NCBI GenBank assembly: GCA_951406725.2
Contig: OX597828.1
Span: 40,114,001-40,178,000 of the forward strand
Length of the DNA: 64,000 nt
Direction: 5' to 3'
Origin: Octopus vulgaris
Taxonomy: Eukaryota
How positions within the stretch are numbered: the first letter of the stretch is position 1; each line of letters opens with the position of its first letter. Below the pieces are notes generated by a model. It did not search any database, was not told the origin of the DNA, and saw only the letters and a program-made list of their open reading frames with translations. The position numbers and the translations under genes are program-made. Shown one piece after another: positions 27,301 through 42,109 of the stretch.

Positions 27301-27505
27301 TATATACTGTGTATATGTGTATGTATACATTTAATGCACAGGTAGCGAGATGTGACGAAATTATGACTATAAAATATGCAACGTATCCTTGGACACATCA
27401 AATCGCAAGCTAGAGGTTTATTGGTATCAATAAATAGGTAATGATAAAATGACATTAACAATGGCAATAATAAAAACAATGATAATAATAATCTAGGTCT
27501 CTCAC

Positions 27506-27997
27506 CTGACACATATTGGCAGTAGCGGCCGTGTTGACGTTAGTGGCACCGCTAGGTCCAGCGGTTCCAGCCCGGGCACCCGCTAACGAAGTGTGATTGT
27601 GATGGGCTGGAGAGGAGGACCTTCTCTCCATCGGGGGTGCCGACGGCCCCACGGGAGGCGGCGGCTGGGGCGGACTAACAGCAGTAACCATGCCAGTAAG
27701 GGTACTATCCGTGGTCGGTTTGGCTACTGGTGTTGGAGGCAGTGGAGGTTGTTCAGTCTGTTGTTGGTCGTGTTCGGTGTGATGAAGCAGCTGCCGATGT
27801 GTGGAAGGTAGGTCGGGGGGTTTACTTGATTTGAAGCCGGTACTCTGCGACAAACTCGGAGCCGATAATGGCGAGGCAGCAGCGGCATTCACAATTCCGA
27901 TATCACAACTGTCTTTCTTCTTCCGGTAACTGGAAGACCTTTCAAATTTCTGAGAGTCGTTGGCGCTATGAGATGGTGATGACGACTGCTGGCCCAT
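27506..27997 (-). CDS. First coding exon (164 codons, phase-0 donor) of an unidentified gene; N-terminus MGQQSSS (putative N-myristoylation) followed by a Ser/Pro/Thr/Ala-rich disordered region
   Basis: Open frame from ATG at 27997-27995 in GC- and CpG-rich non-repetitive sequence. It ends at a canonical donor CAG|GTGAGA (GT at 27505-27504), after which the sequence becomes an AT-rich (TAA)-like tract. The MGxxxS start and basic RKKK cluster are seen directly. No domain is recognisable. Confidence 0.8.
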
Positions 27998-30897
27998 GTT
28001 GGTTGGTAGGCTTTTTACACTCACACACAAAGAAGCTTGGCAGCAGCGAAATACAACCAAGTCACATTAGCACCGATAGGCGAAATAAAAAAACTCCTCA
28101 ATAATCTGTCATACATCAGACATGTAGAATTTGAATAAAGAATCCGATGAATTATATCCAGAAATTCACCATTTTTAAAGAATCCAACACAAGAAGTAAA
28201 TTAGATACGCGAATAAAAAAAACCATGTTCTTTTCATTGATGCATTTACTGATTGGTAAATATATCATTGGATGTGTGTATGTGTGCGTATATATTTATA
28301 TATAAAATATATAGGTATATAGATTGAATTGTGGAGGGGGAGAGGGGTACTGAAGGCTGTAATTGAAAAGTATTGGTGGTAGATTTCCAGGAAAATACGA
28401 TCCTACACACTATTTTCAAAAGAAGGAAAAACACAGTGAGAGGAGAGAGGGAGAGAAGATAGATGAACTCTGATATTTGTAATGGAATAGCAATTGATTT
28501 TTCCGCCTCTAATTCGATATTAATCGGAATAAGGATGGTGAAATATTTCCTCTCAGAGCGACGTTTTCAGAAAGAAAAAAAATTGTTGTTGACCAAATAA
28601 AAAAACGACCTCATTCCCTAGAACTGTCACCAAAATTTCCCCCCTTTTTTCACCTATACAACTGTCTTTATTCATATATACGTACATACACACATACATA
28701 CAAGAAGTATACAATATATATACATACATACATCTACGTATATACATATAATCTACATACTTGCATTCACACACACACAGAGACAGACATACAAGCACTC
28801 AGTCGTTCTTGCTTTTTCTTAAATCCAAACAAGCTAACTATAGGAGAGAGAAAATGTGAAAGAGAAAAACATCCATCCATACACATTCGCATCAGAGAAG
28901 TATAGCATGGAGAAACTAGGTCTTGATTAAAGCATACAGATGTGACTGTCTCTTCTCGTGTACGGTATTATTTTCATTATTACTATCATTATTATTATTA
29001 TCTATCCGAATAGGAAACAAAAACCTCCCCCACTGAAAAACTATCAGCCTGAAAATATGGAAGAGATTTCTTCTCTATGCCTCCCTCCTGTAACGATCTC
29101 TCCTGCTATTTATCATGCGTAGATTATATCATATTCGATATCAAAATCTATTCTGCAGGCGGGTAGGCTTTTAACAAGAGAAATTAGGAAAGCAAAATAG
29201 GATGATAAAAGGAAATAATGAGAAATAAAGAAACTTAAACATGAAAAAAGAAAAAAATATATATATTTATATATGTATATAGAATTATTCGTAAATGCGG
29301 TCAGTTCATTAAACTCTTTTATATCTTAACGATATCAAAATTTATATATATATAAATGTATACAGATATATATATTATATATATATGATGTATGTGTGTA
29401 TGTATGTATGTATGTATATTACACTTTAGCCATTAGATAAGAAGGAGAGAGAAAGAGGTAAATATAAAAGGATGAAGAGGAGAGAGAGGGAGAGGGAAGA
29501 AATTATATATAAACACACACACACACGCACTCACCACCCCAATTAAATTTAGTATTATAGTGGTTGGCGTTAATTATCTGTAACAACAACGGAAAAAAAA
29601 TAGACAAAAGCAGTTTTTTGTTGTTGTTGTCCCCCCCACAAAGAAATTATTTGGGGATGATGTTGTTAAATTGGATTGGTGGCGTTGTTCTTCTGTCCGT
29701 GCACGTTTGTAGTCTGATATAAGAAGAATCCATGAGACGTAATAATAAGAATATGAGCAAGTAGCAATTTGTACGGTTACATTGTTCGGTTGGTAGGTTC
29801 GTGCGAGTTGGAATAAGAAGATGAAGACGATGATGGTGAAGAAGAGAGTACATCGTAATTGTTGGGGGTTTTCTTTTTTTTTTTTCTTTTTCTTCTTTTT
29901 TTATCCCCTCTCTTCCGAGCCCCACCAAGATAAATCGCAGTGTCTATTATTAAGTGCGAATGTTTTTGAAAAGAAAGGAAAAAACAACACGAATCATTTG
30001 AAGAACTGGAGACGAGAAGAAGGAGAAGGGACAGGGTGGAGAAAGCGAAGAAAATAATATATATATATATATATGTAGATATAGATATAGATATATATAT
30101 ATATATAATGTAGAGACACACAAGCACACCGGTTATTCTTACTGGGAGGGGGTGAAATGGAGGGAAAATAAATAAAATAAAAAAAATCAAATAAAAATAA
30201 TTATATATATATATAGATATAGATATATAGATTTATATACACTCACGCGCACAGACACTCACAGAAAAACAAGAAATCAAAAACGATCGCTTAATATGAA
30301 CAAAATTAAAAGAGGTAGGTTGGTAGACACATCATGGCATCAGTTTCCGGGTGGAAAATAATTGCCCAATACCATCAGTCTCTTCCTATCTCTTTCAATA
30401 TGTCTTTTCTTCATCCTGAACATCTGACACAGAAAATTACCGTTAAGAAATTTTGAAAAATATCACTTAAAATATTAAGAACTGTTGTGATTAATTATTA
30501 CGAAAGAAGTGTAAAGGAGGATGGGGGGTGTCAAAAATGTTTTTTTTTCTTTCTTTGAAGCAAAAAAGTTGAGACTGTTTAGTTTTGTTCTTTTTTGTGT
30601 TTGTATGTATTTCTTTTGTTATCAATCTTTTACATTACGTTTATTATTGATGTTTATATATAATTACTATAAGCTTGCGTGACAGTCTATTAGGTGTATA
30701 TACATATATATATAAATATATATATATATATAATGTATGTATATATATTATTAGTCTTTATCACTGTTTCTTTTGATGGCACCAACAACGGCTGGACTCG
30801 AAGAGAAACAGAAACTTAACGGTTATTTGTAAACACATATGAGCTAGGTCATACTTTCTCCAGATCGACATTCAGATCTAGAGATATACATAGTTGT

Positions 30898-30930
<33 letters not shown>

Positions 30931-31939
30931 CGAGAGTGTATATATTTAATATAAAATATATATATATATACGTACAGCTATAACTGTCTATGTAGACATA
31001 TAACTATGTTATGAAGAATAGATAATTTGTGAAATTTGAGTGTTGTGTCTGTGTTTGTAGAGTTATTATGTGTCGTGGGATATATATATATATATATGTT
31101 TATATATGTTTATATTTATACACTCGTGAGAATATACGTGTATATTTATTAAGCTGTAACATTCATATTATTATGTGTTCGTGTTTCAACGTGTGTGTGT
31201 GTGTGTGTGTGTGTAGTCACACGGATGAGATTATTGAAAGAAAATGTGGATCCTCGCTTCCAGTATAAAGAAGCAGCGAAGTGTTTCAAAAAATCAAGAA
31301 AAATAGATTCTTCCTCCCTTTATCACAATGAAAAATAATAATAATAATAATAATAATAGTAATAATAATAGTAATAAAGTAATTATAATAAACAACGGTG
31401 GGAGCTGGAGCCAAACACTCACACAGACAAACGGAGAAGGAACTGTTTGTTATAGAAATATATATGTATATATATGTGTATATATGTATATATATATATA
31501 TCTCAAGAATCTTTAAAATGCAGTTGAGTAGTAGACGATGTATTATTATATATTTTATATGTAATATATAGTCCTTTTGTTGATTTTTTTTCACGACGAG
31601 CAAGGTCGTCTTTGTAAAGAGAGAAAGTGGCAATAATAGTAGTGGTGGTAGTAGTTGTTGTAAGGGTGGTAGTAGTAGTAGTAATATTTCTTTTTCTTCT
31701 TTTTCTTCGGTTGTAGCTTCCACTTGGCCCTTACGGGAGTCATGTCATCATGGACTTGCTCTGCTTAACGCCTTGTCCCCCACCACACTTGACAAAGCTT
31801 GTTTTCAGCGGCCTCGGCAGAAGAAGCAGTTGTTGTAGCAGTTGTAGCGATAATGGAAACCTTGCTGCTGCTGTTGATGGTGATGAAGGTGGCAGCAGCA
31901 ACAACAACGGCGGCAGCACGGCGCACGGCCGCAGCTGTT

Positions 31940-32090
31940 GTTCACAGCCATGTTTACCAACTGGGTTTCTTCCGTGCATGGAGTTCCTGCTCGCTATTTT
32001 ATCGTCGGATTTGATTGGCTAGCAGAGCTTGTCACGAAGACAGCAACAAGCCAGTCGATTGGTCAACTTATTCGTCTAGGCAACGGCAAG
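31940..32090 (-). promoter_or_regulatory. Candidate promoter of the minus-strand gene
   Basis: CpG-rich unique island (~31730-32100) with two CCAAT boxes on the minus strand (ATTGG at 32014-32018 and 32058-32062), an RFX-like half site CTAGGCAAC (32076-32084) and a TGTTTAC forkhead-type site near 31951. It lies ~4 kb upstream of the ATG. Confidence 0.55.
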
Positions 32091-32257
32091 CTGACCTCCC
32101 TGTGTCATCATATAATACACATACATAAGTACATACATACATGATGCATGCACACATATATATTCATATATATATATATACATGCATACATACGTATTAC
32201 ATATAGCTACTTCGCTTCATTCAATTCACAGCAGTGCGAACGTATCGTGTATATAAA

Positions 32258-32310
<53 letters not shown>

Positions 32311-32576
32311 TGTGTGTGTATATTTATATGGTGGAGGGTATATAAAAAAAAACTCCGATCATAACTAGCCATCGTCCTGTCGTGTTCGTTATTTGTAGTT
32401 CTAAATTCGGTTAATGTTACCATTTTTATTGTATTTATTGGTTATGCTTTCTCATCATTAATAATTTTATTGTACTTTCAATCATTAATTCTGTCACATT
32501 TACTGTCATCATTCTACCTTTCACCTCTCACACACACACACACATATATATATATCTATATATATACATACGTATG

Positions 32577-32608
<32 letters not shown>

Positions 32609-32730
32609 TGCAGATATGTAGTGCACTGCGGGACACTCCCTTTATCAGCTGTCGACTAGAAATTACAACGATGCAATGATTTTTACCACCTTTCGAATAG
32701 CATACATCTCTCTCTCTCTCTCTGTCTGTT

Positions 32731-32792
<62 letters not shown>

Positions 32793-32964
32793 GCTCCAAC
32801 AGTACAGAGCAGCATTGATGCTAACAGTGAATACCCTGGGTGCTTTTGGGCCTCCCTGTAGCGCGCTTTCGCCCCCACCACCACCTCCGTTATCCATGCC
32901 ACCACTCCAAACCGAACTGTTATCACTTCATCCATGCAAATATTTTTTTTTTATTTCTTTATAG

Positions 32965-33208
32965 GGAAACACCTGGTGATTCACTCTATTGTTACTCGGA
33001 GTTTCGTACACGTAAATTATATAGATGTATATATATATATATATATATATGTATATTTATACATATATGAATATAAATGTGATCGGTGAAACAATATTTT
33101 GGGCAGACTACATCTTCACAGACCGATCTCATACATTGATATATGCGAAACTCCGTTTCCGTATGCGAAACTCCGAGCAATAATGGAGTGAATCACCAAA
33201 TATTTTCC
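32965..33208. mobile_element. MITE-like element with ~48-bp imperfect TIRs
   Basis: GGAAACACCTGGTGATTCACTCTATTGTTACTCGGAGTTTCGTACACG pairs with the reverse complement at 33160-33208. Confidence 0.7.
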
Positions 33209-34218
33209 ATTCATTATAAAACTGTACACCATATATTTAGTACTTTTTTTTTTTTCGCGTTAAAAAATATAAACATGTATATTGACTGTATACTTATAGT
33301 AAAAGATTATTATTTACACAAACACATGTAAAATAAATATCCATACACACACACATTTATTTTTCTTGGACTCCCCCCCCTCCCAGAATTTTTTGTTATT
33401 TCATAGCTTCGTGTTGACCATCATTTCTTTGCAACAGTTGCTCTCCTGTTCAAGATATTTATAATTACATATGTGACATCCAACAATTGCTTCATAATTG
33501 TATATAATAGAACGTTTCTGTTGCGCGTGTGTATGTATGTATGTATGTATGTATGTATGTATGTATGTATGTATGTATGTATGTATGTATGTATGTGTGG
33601 ATGTATGTATGTTTGTATGTGTGGATGTATGTATGTGTGTGTGTGTATGTATGTATGTATGTATGTATGTATTTATGTATGTATGTGTGGATGTATGTAT
33701 ATATATAGTCACTAAATAAAATACAAGGTTGCGAAAAAGAATAAACGCGAAGCTTGTAGGAAATACTCTGTATTGACTATATAACCCTGTATATATTTCT
33801 TTATTGTATACCTAATCTCACAATCTCTCTCTCTCTCATTTGCTTAGCAATACAATACATACATGTTGTGACTCTTTTCCTTTGCTACTTCCAGTCTTTT
33901 CACGTAGCTCACGTCTCGAAACATTAAACTGCGTCAGCTGAAGAAAAATCAAATTGTAACCTCTTCTAAATAATACAATATATAAATAAATAAAAAAAAA
34001 CCCAACCCACAGGAACACCGCATACGAGTTTCAATAAAAGACATTTAGACAATTCAATAGATATTCTTCAAATACATACATACATATGTACATGTATACA
34101 TTCATCCACGCACACACACACAAGTATATATATATGCATGTATGTGTATAATATATATATATGTACATATGTATATATCTTCATAGACAGTCTGTTGTAA
34201 TGATATATTGATACATAA

Positions 34219-34280
<62 letters not shown>

Positions 34281-34500
34281 GTATACGGACATACATATAC
34301 ATTATATATATATAATTAAGCGTGAAGAATAAGTTATATTTATTGCAAATATTATTACCCAGCTGAATTTGATATTGCCAGATTCCATCTTGCGATTTCA
34401 TTTTTAATGCCAATGTTTATATATCTGTTTCTTGTATAATTCTAGAAACATTTTTTAAAACAAAGCTTAAACAACAATAACAACATCAATAACAATTATG

Positions 34501-34534
<34 letters not shown>

Positions 34535-35326
34535 TGATTATAATAATAATGATAATAATAGTAATAGTTAATGATCGGTCGCTTTATTAAAACAGCGGAG
34601 GAATCGAGGTACTTGTTCCAGCACGGCGATATCCTATACGTTTGAGTCAGCAATAAATAGGTAGATACACACGCACGCACGCACGCATGATTTTGTCCAT
34701 AGAGAGATAATTTAAAGCAGGAGGTGAGGTTTCTCCAAAATATAAACCATCCATCTGTTGGAAAATATAACCACCACTTTCCTTTCTCTCTCTCTCTCTC
34801 TATTTATGTGTATTTCTTTTTCACGCTTTCTCTTCCTTCGCCTCTTTCGTTTAATGTCACGATTTTACTCTCCACAATTCATCAACAAGAAAGAGAGAAA
34901 TCGTTGCGGGAACGGTCAAATTCGTCCTGTACATGTTAGATGTTGTGTTGCTTGTTTGTTATTGACGATGACATCGCATTATTCCGTCCCTTATTTTTCT
35001 TTCTTAATAGCTGATATCGCTCTAATTTAGAAGAATCGTTTTCTAAACAGTTTGCGTCTTTGGGTAAGCAATGTCAGAAATCAATTCCTACTTCACCTGC
35101 TAGACGTATAGGTGTATGAATGCTATATATATATATATATTTATATGATGGGTGGAATTTCGTTCCTCAAAAACCGTTTTCTTTAAAAGAAGAGGTGATG
35201 GATGATAATTTTCTGGTGTTCACAAGATACTGTCCAACTAGAAATGAATGTTGATTGCGCAAGGTCGAATTTTTTAAAACATTACATATACACACAAATA
35301 AACATACACACATACGTGTATATGTA

Positions 35327-35358
<32 letters not shown>

Positions 35359-36641
35359 GGTCCACTCCTTAACTCAAAGATGTACAAAATTAAAGCAATA
35401 ACAAAACACCATTTTTAAAGAAATGCAAAATATTCCATGACTAGTTCTTGGTAGGGATTTTTTTCTCAACGTATTATTATGGCTGATGTTTTGAAAATAC
35501 AAATTTGTAGAATGTAAAATCTACTATATTTGATTTCATTGTAGTAGTTACATGCCCATCATACAACCAAATCGTTTTATTTACATGCCTGTATGCGTGC
35601 GTGCATGCGTGTATAAAAATAAATATGCGCGTAAAATATATACATAAATATGTGTGTATGAATATGTGTGCATATGTCTATGTGTATCTGTGTCCTTATA
35701 TATGTATGTCTAAATATATATCCTGCATTATACACCCATACTATTTTAGCATTATTTTACTAGTGTATTTAGCTTTGATAATACTACTTCGATCATCACT
35801 GTTGGTGTTGACACAACCACTATCATCATTTCGATCAGTCTCTTCCGCCTTTCTACACAACCACTTTTACTATCATTATTATTATCATAAACATCATCAT
35901 CATCATCATTATTATTATATTCTCAGATTTATTGCTATCACCTCTACTACAAGTATTTCCCACTAAAATTATCATCTCTATCGAAACCAATTAATGAAGA
36001 ACCGAATATATTTGCGAATGCTCTGGAATTTTCGATTGATTTTTGTATTTGAAAAAGCGTGCAAGCTAATATAGTTGCATGTATGCGAGAGAAAGTGTAG
36101 CAACGAATAGCAATGGCGTGGGGGTATAAATACGGTTTGCCTTGATGCTAGCTTGATCAATTCAGTATTTTTTTTCTCTCTCGCAATATTGCTTTCAATA
36201 AATGGTGGTAAAAGAAAATTGAACACTTACCAAAGATAGCTTACGACGGCTGTGATGGAGACCAGTTGAATTTCAATCTTCCTAGATCTGTTTGACTGTG
36301 CCGTAGATAGAAGGATAATAGCAGATCTAGGAGAGTGCTCCTCCGTCAGTCATCGATAGTTGGAACTGCATCTAAACCAAAGTCGTCCGACTGATCGGCA
36401 ACCTATCTTTGTCTAGTCGACTCCAGCCTTCGACCTACTCTCAGATAGTCCCTTTCCTGTGCCTCTTTTCTACTACTATTACCACAGCCGACGTCGAACA
36501 GATTTCTTCCTAGATGCTGCCTCTTCAAAATGCCATATGGGTGTCCTTGGCTCAACTTTCTGTCAAATAAATTTGGGATCATTCGTCAAGCCTTGTAAAT
36601 ACGGACCTGTTGTTTTCACATAAAACAATTATTATTATTAC

Positions 36642-36681
<40 letters not shown>

Positions 36682-36704
36682 CTTTGCTTTCTTCTCTCTC
36701 TCTA

Positions 36705-36903
36705 TACATACATACATACATACATACATACATACATACATACATACATACATACATACATACATACATACATACATACGTACATACATACATACATACA
36801 TACATACATACATACATACATACACATGTATGTATGTATGTATGTATGTATGTATGTATGTATGTATGTATGTATGTATGTATGTATGAATGTATGTATG
36901 TAT
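36705..36903. repeat. Inverted microsatellite (TACA)n followed by (TGTA)n
   Basis: Seen directly; orientation switches at ~36826. Confidence 0.95.
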
Positions 36904-38566
36904 GATCTTTTCCTTTTTTTTTTACTTTCATTCCGGTTTTGTAAAAGTTTGAATTATGCTCAAATGAAAGAGAGCAAAATTTATAAGTGGAATTTTTTCT
37001 TGGTTTAGACTTTTAAAAAAAATCAGAAAAATTATTTACAACGTCAAAGGTTTTGACTCAATCAATAATCAGAATAATCATAAACTATAAATTTGGACAT
37101 GAAACAAAAGGAAGGTTACGAAACAGCTCACAACTTTATAAATTATGTAATCTGGAAAGCGGAAGAAGAAGAAGAAGAATAAGAAGAAGAAGAAGAAGAA
37201 GAGGCGATTAAAATCTATGTTCTTAATGACTTGGATAAAACTAAACAAATAACATATTACATACATGTAATATATATATGTATGTATGTATTTGTGAATG
37301 TATGTATATATATTCTAAAATTTCTTGCAACCGTTTGGAGAAGTTTCGCATTTAATTCTTAACCAACCGACGACACAGCATAAAAGACTTGCCTCTTAGC
37401 TCCCTTAAAGTTTGGTTCCAAAGTTACGTAACTGCGAGAGCGATCATAATATTTTGGCAAGAAATTCTATAACTATTGCAGTAAAAAGTTAAGCTGTACA
37501 CTTTGAAGGTAATAGCAGAAATTTCGGTCAACAAAATTTTGCAGTTAAATAGTTGTTTTTTTTTTTTGTTAAATTGCATTAAGAAAATGAATAATGTGTG
37601 TTAATCGTTGAAATCAAAAGAATAAAATTTATTTATATGCATTGTGTCAGTTGGTGTACAAACGGAATATGTAAAGTATTTTTATGCTGTCGAAAGTGCG
37701 GGAATGCATGCATGCATGCATGGACAAGTGGATAGATTGGATGGACGGACGGACGGACGGATGGGTTACATGGATAGCTGCTTGCGTACATATTACACAT
37801 ATGCACTAAATACACACATAGATAAAAACGCGAATATATATATATATATAAGCATATACTGTGAGAAACCCTGGTTTTGGCTTGTTTCTGAATCTACGCA
37901 CGTAATGGACGCAAAGACACACAAATGTAAATAGAAGTGAAGTCAAAACATAGGGATCACATATGCAATGAAATAGAACCATGTATGCATGCATGCACGC
38001 GCACAAATATATACACGAGTAATCATGTGTGTGTGTGTGTGTGTGTGTACTTTTGTAATGAGTTGATGATGTCTAAATTCCAAAGAAAAAGCCTTGTTTC
38101 TTGGAATCCGAATATTTTGCCCTATTGGTGAGAAATTTTTTTTTTGAAAATAAAACCAGAACGTACACGGCTTGCCAGATTTCCTCACCACCGCCATCAT
38201 CATCATCATCACCATCGCCACCACCACCACCACCACCACCAAAGCTACAACAACAACAACAACAACAACACATACAATAATCGCTAACAGGAATTTTTGT
38301 TTCGTTTTGTTTTGTTTTGTTTTTTTTATTAGTCAATTACATGAATGAGTATATATGTTTGCAGTATATTTGAGATTGTGTACATGTAATATGCACATCC
38401 ATCAAGTATACCTAAGTATCCATTTGTTTACCTGTGTGAAAAACATGGCATTTACTGCCCCCCCCCCCACACCTCAAATGTAAATATACACGTGCGTGCT
38501 TGTGTGTATGTGTTTGTATATGTGAGTGCATGTGTGTGCGCGTGTGTGAAACAAATAACAATGTGG

Positions 38567-38625
<59 letters not shown>

Positions 38626-38687
38626 TGTATATTTAAATTCTTGCCGTGCATTTTATAAGAGAAGCCAATAAATTCTAGGCCTTCGTG

Positions 38688-38840
38688 CGACGATGATGAT
38701 AATGATGATGATGATGATGATGATGATGATGGTGATGGTGGTGATGATGATGACGATGACGACGACGACGACGATGATGATGATGATGATGATGATGGTG
38801 GTGATGATGATGATGGTGATGATGATGATGATGATGATGA
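38688..38840. repeat. Compound (GAT/GGT/GAC)n trinucleotide repeat
   Basis: Seen directly. Confidence 0.95.
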
Positions 38841-39388
38841 CACAAAGTTCTTTGAGTGTTCTTCGACCAAGGCCTTGTTTAATAAAATTTAGTAGGGCAA
38901 AAACTGGGCGGCGGACGTGCACCAAAGGAACCGTCTCTTAATACTGGGTGGTGGGACTCAATGTGCCTCAACACTAACCTCACGGCTCAAGCGCCGCACC
39001 TGCATTGAAGCCAAGTTTCCTAACACCACCGTGAAGAAACCTGGCCCCTAACAATGCCATGAGTACAGCCCTTCTTCCTCTGAGACATTAACAAAAAATG
39101 TCTTGAGAAAGAAATAACAGAGCGACGGACAAAATTTGTTTTAGAGCCTCTAATTACATCATTTTAGGCTTTCACTTAAATATCCATGGCCCAATTAGCA
39201 CTATAATAGCAACACACACACACACACACACACACGCATACACACATACATACATATACATACACACGCACACACACATACACACACACACATACACACA
39301 TACATACATACACATACACACACGCGCATACATACATACGTACACACACACATGCACGCACACATGCACGCTCATATATACATAATAA

Positions 39389-39448
<60 letters not shown>

Positions 39449-40537
39449 GTATGTATGTGTGTGTATTACTGGGCAAGTATATTCTATAACCTCGGGCCAA
39501 CCAAAGCCTTGTGCGTGGATTTAATAGACAGAAACTGAAAGAAACCCGTCGTATACATATATACATGTGTATGTCTTTGGGTCTGTATTTCCCTCACCTA
39601 CCGCCTGACGACCGATGTTGGTGTGTTTACGTCTCAATAACTTAGCGGTTCGGCAAAAGACACCGATAGAATAAGTACCGGGCTTTAAAGAATAAGTACT
39701 GGGAGAGTGATCCGTTCGGCTAAATTTCAGGGGAGTGCTCCAGCACGGCCTCAGTCTAATGTCCTAAACCAGTAAAAGACAAAAAATTATATATATATAT
39801 ATATAATTTTTTTCCTGAATAGTGATTCTCAATCTTTTTTTAGTCCCTGGTATTCAGGTGATCAAATGAGAATGAAATATATAGGTGCACTTCGAATGGC
39901 AAAAGTTTTTTCGTTTTTTTTTAATTCTGCGTTATAAAAATAAAAATTAAAAATTTTAAAAAGCCACTTGAAATCTATAGCTTAGTTTTATTGGCCACAC
40001 TTGTATATAACAAGCATTAATACAGATTTTCTTGAACCTTTAAATTTCATTGCTAAAAACCCGCGGATCTTCGACAAATTCCCTTGCGACGTGACGCTTG
40101 GATACCGCTGCTGTAAATATTGACGTTGTATCAATGTAAGAAGTCATTTGGAAGAAACGGTAGAACAGTAGAGAGATTTATCTAGTTACGCCCCTTTACA
40201 TTCTAAGTTCGAATCCCACTGTGTTCGACTTTGCAATTTTATGCTCACCATTTTATTTATTTTCTGGAGACGAAGGCTCGAGAAAATAGGTCGATTCGAC
40301 TGATTGTGCACCCACCCATCCACCATCTATATTGTTTAAAGTCAGAAATAAATTAAAATCATTATTTATTGTTAAACACAAAGGCATGTAGGAGGTAAAT
40401 TGATAGAATAACTTAGGATCCTTGGGGAAAAACAAAAAATGCACTGGCGTTCTGAGTTCAAATCTCACCGAGTTCAACTTTGCTTTCATCATTTCGGGGT
40501 CAATAAAATATTGCACCTATTATTAGAAAATAATTAT

Positions 40538-40911
40538 CAGGAGTGGCTGTGTGGTAAGTAGCTTGCTAACCAACCACATGGTTCCGGGTTCAGTCCCACT
40601 GCGTGGCATCTTGGGCAAGTGTCTTCTGCTATAGCCCCGGGCCGACCAATGCCTTGTGAGTGGATTTGGTAGACGGAAACTGAAAGAAGCCTGTCATGTG
40701 TGTGTGTTTTTGTCCCCCTAGCATTGCTTGACAACCGATGCTGGTGTGTATACGTCCCCGTCACTTAGCGGTTCGGCAAAAGGGACCGATAGAATAAGTA
40801 CTGGGCTTACAAAAAGAATAAGTCCCGGGGGTCGATTCGCTCGACTAAAAGGCGGTGCTCCAGCATGGCCGCAGTCAAATGACTTTAAACAAGTAAAAGA
40901 GTAAAGAGAGT
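40538..40911 (+). mobile_element. SINE family A copy
   Basis: Matches 12783-13180 with CpGs retained. Confidence 0.9.
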
Positions 40912-41447
40912 ATGAAGGGAGTGGCGATGAGGGGGGGGGTCAGAATCGTTGGAGCGCCGGACAAAATGTCTAGCAGTATATTTATTTATTTATTCCACCT
41001 TTTCAATATTGTGAGTTCAAATCTTTAATTTTTCGTTTTATCCCGAAAGTGATAGTGAAAATAAATTCCATTCCCACTCGAGTGCTGGGATCGATGCATA
41101 AATAAAATACTTGCAATTTATCTTCCATGTGAACAGAATTTGAGAAGTAAACAATAACCCCCCACCCACCCACCCCCACCCCACCCTCGCCACGCTCCTC
41201 CCATCGAAAATGATGCGGCCTTGTGTTTTGTGCTGGAGATCGTCATTTTGATGTAAGAAATGACTGTGGAATGAATCATCGTTGTTGCTGCTGTTGTTGT
41301 TAGCAGTAGCAACAGTAGCAGTAGACTGTGGAGGTGGAGGTGGAGGTGGAGGTGGTAGAGGTGGTGGTAGTGGTAGTGGTAATCGCGTGAAATAAGGTTA
41401 AACAAGAAATCGAACGTGTTACCATTTGATATTTCCAGTGACGTAGC

Positions 41448-41497
<50 letters not shown>

Positions 41498-42109
41498 CAT
41501 CCGTAACAGCCCTTGGAGTTTGCAGTTTATCCCCCCCACCGTCCACCCCCACATCACGGGTCCCCAAACCAATACAAACTTAATACAGCAGACCCCCAAC
41601 CCCCTACTACCACCACTACCACCACCACCACCCACCACCCACTCCCCCAAAAAGTGCCTCCCTATAAATGCGTCGCCCGGGGGCAGACTGACCCATAACC
41701 ACCCATCCATAGCTACATTACTGGATATCTCACTCGACATATGCGTGTGCGCGCGCGCGTGTGTGTGTGTGTGTGTACAAGGGAGCTTCTTCGTGGTTGC
41801 TTGGATTTGCTAGAAAGAGCAACCGAATACCCTTCAGTCATAAAAATAAAAGAAAGAAAATGGACGCATTGGTTAGTATATAACGATGGTCTGGGAGAAA
41901 AGAGACGAGATGCTCACGGTTGGAACGCTTTTGATCCCAGGTCTACTCGATCAAAGTTAACCTGGTGCAAAACAACAACGCGCGTGCGTGTGCCCAAGAT
42001 CCTGCGTGAGTGTATATTTATATGTATGAGTGTTTCGGGCCCTTTTTTTTTTGTTCTTTTGTTCTTTTCTTTCCTTTTCCATTCAATGGTTTTATTTTTA
42101 TTTTTCACC

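Noticed and set aside
31750-32022. Plus-strand 90-aa ORF in the CpG island
   Set aside because: Low-complexity trinucleotide sequence open in several frames; better explained as the promoter or 5' UTR of the minus-strand gene.
36240-36610. Possible decayed LINE fragment beside an (ATT)n tract
   Set aside because: Only a vague RKEGGRGL-like echo with many stops; insufficient support.
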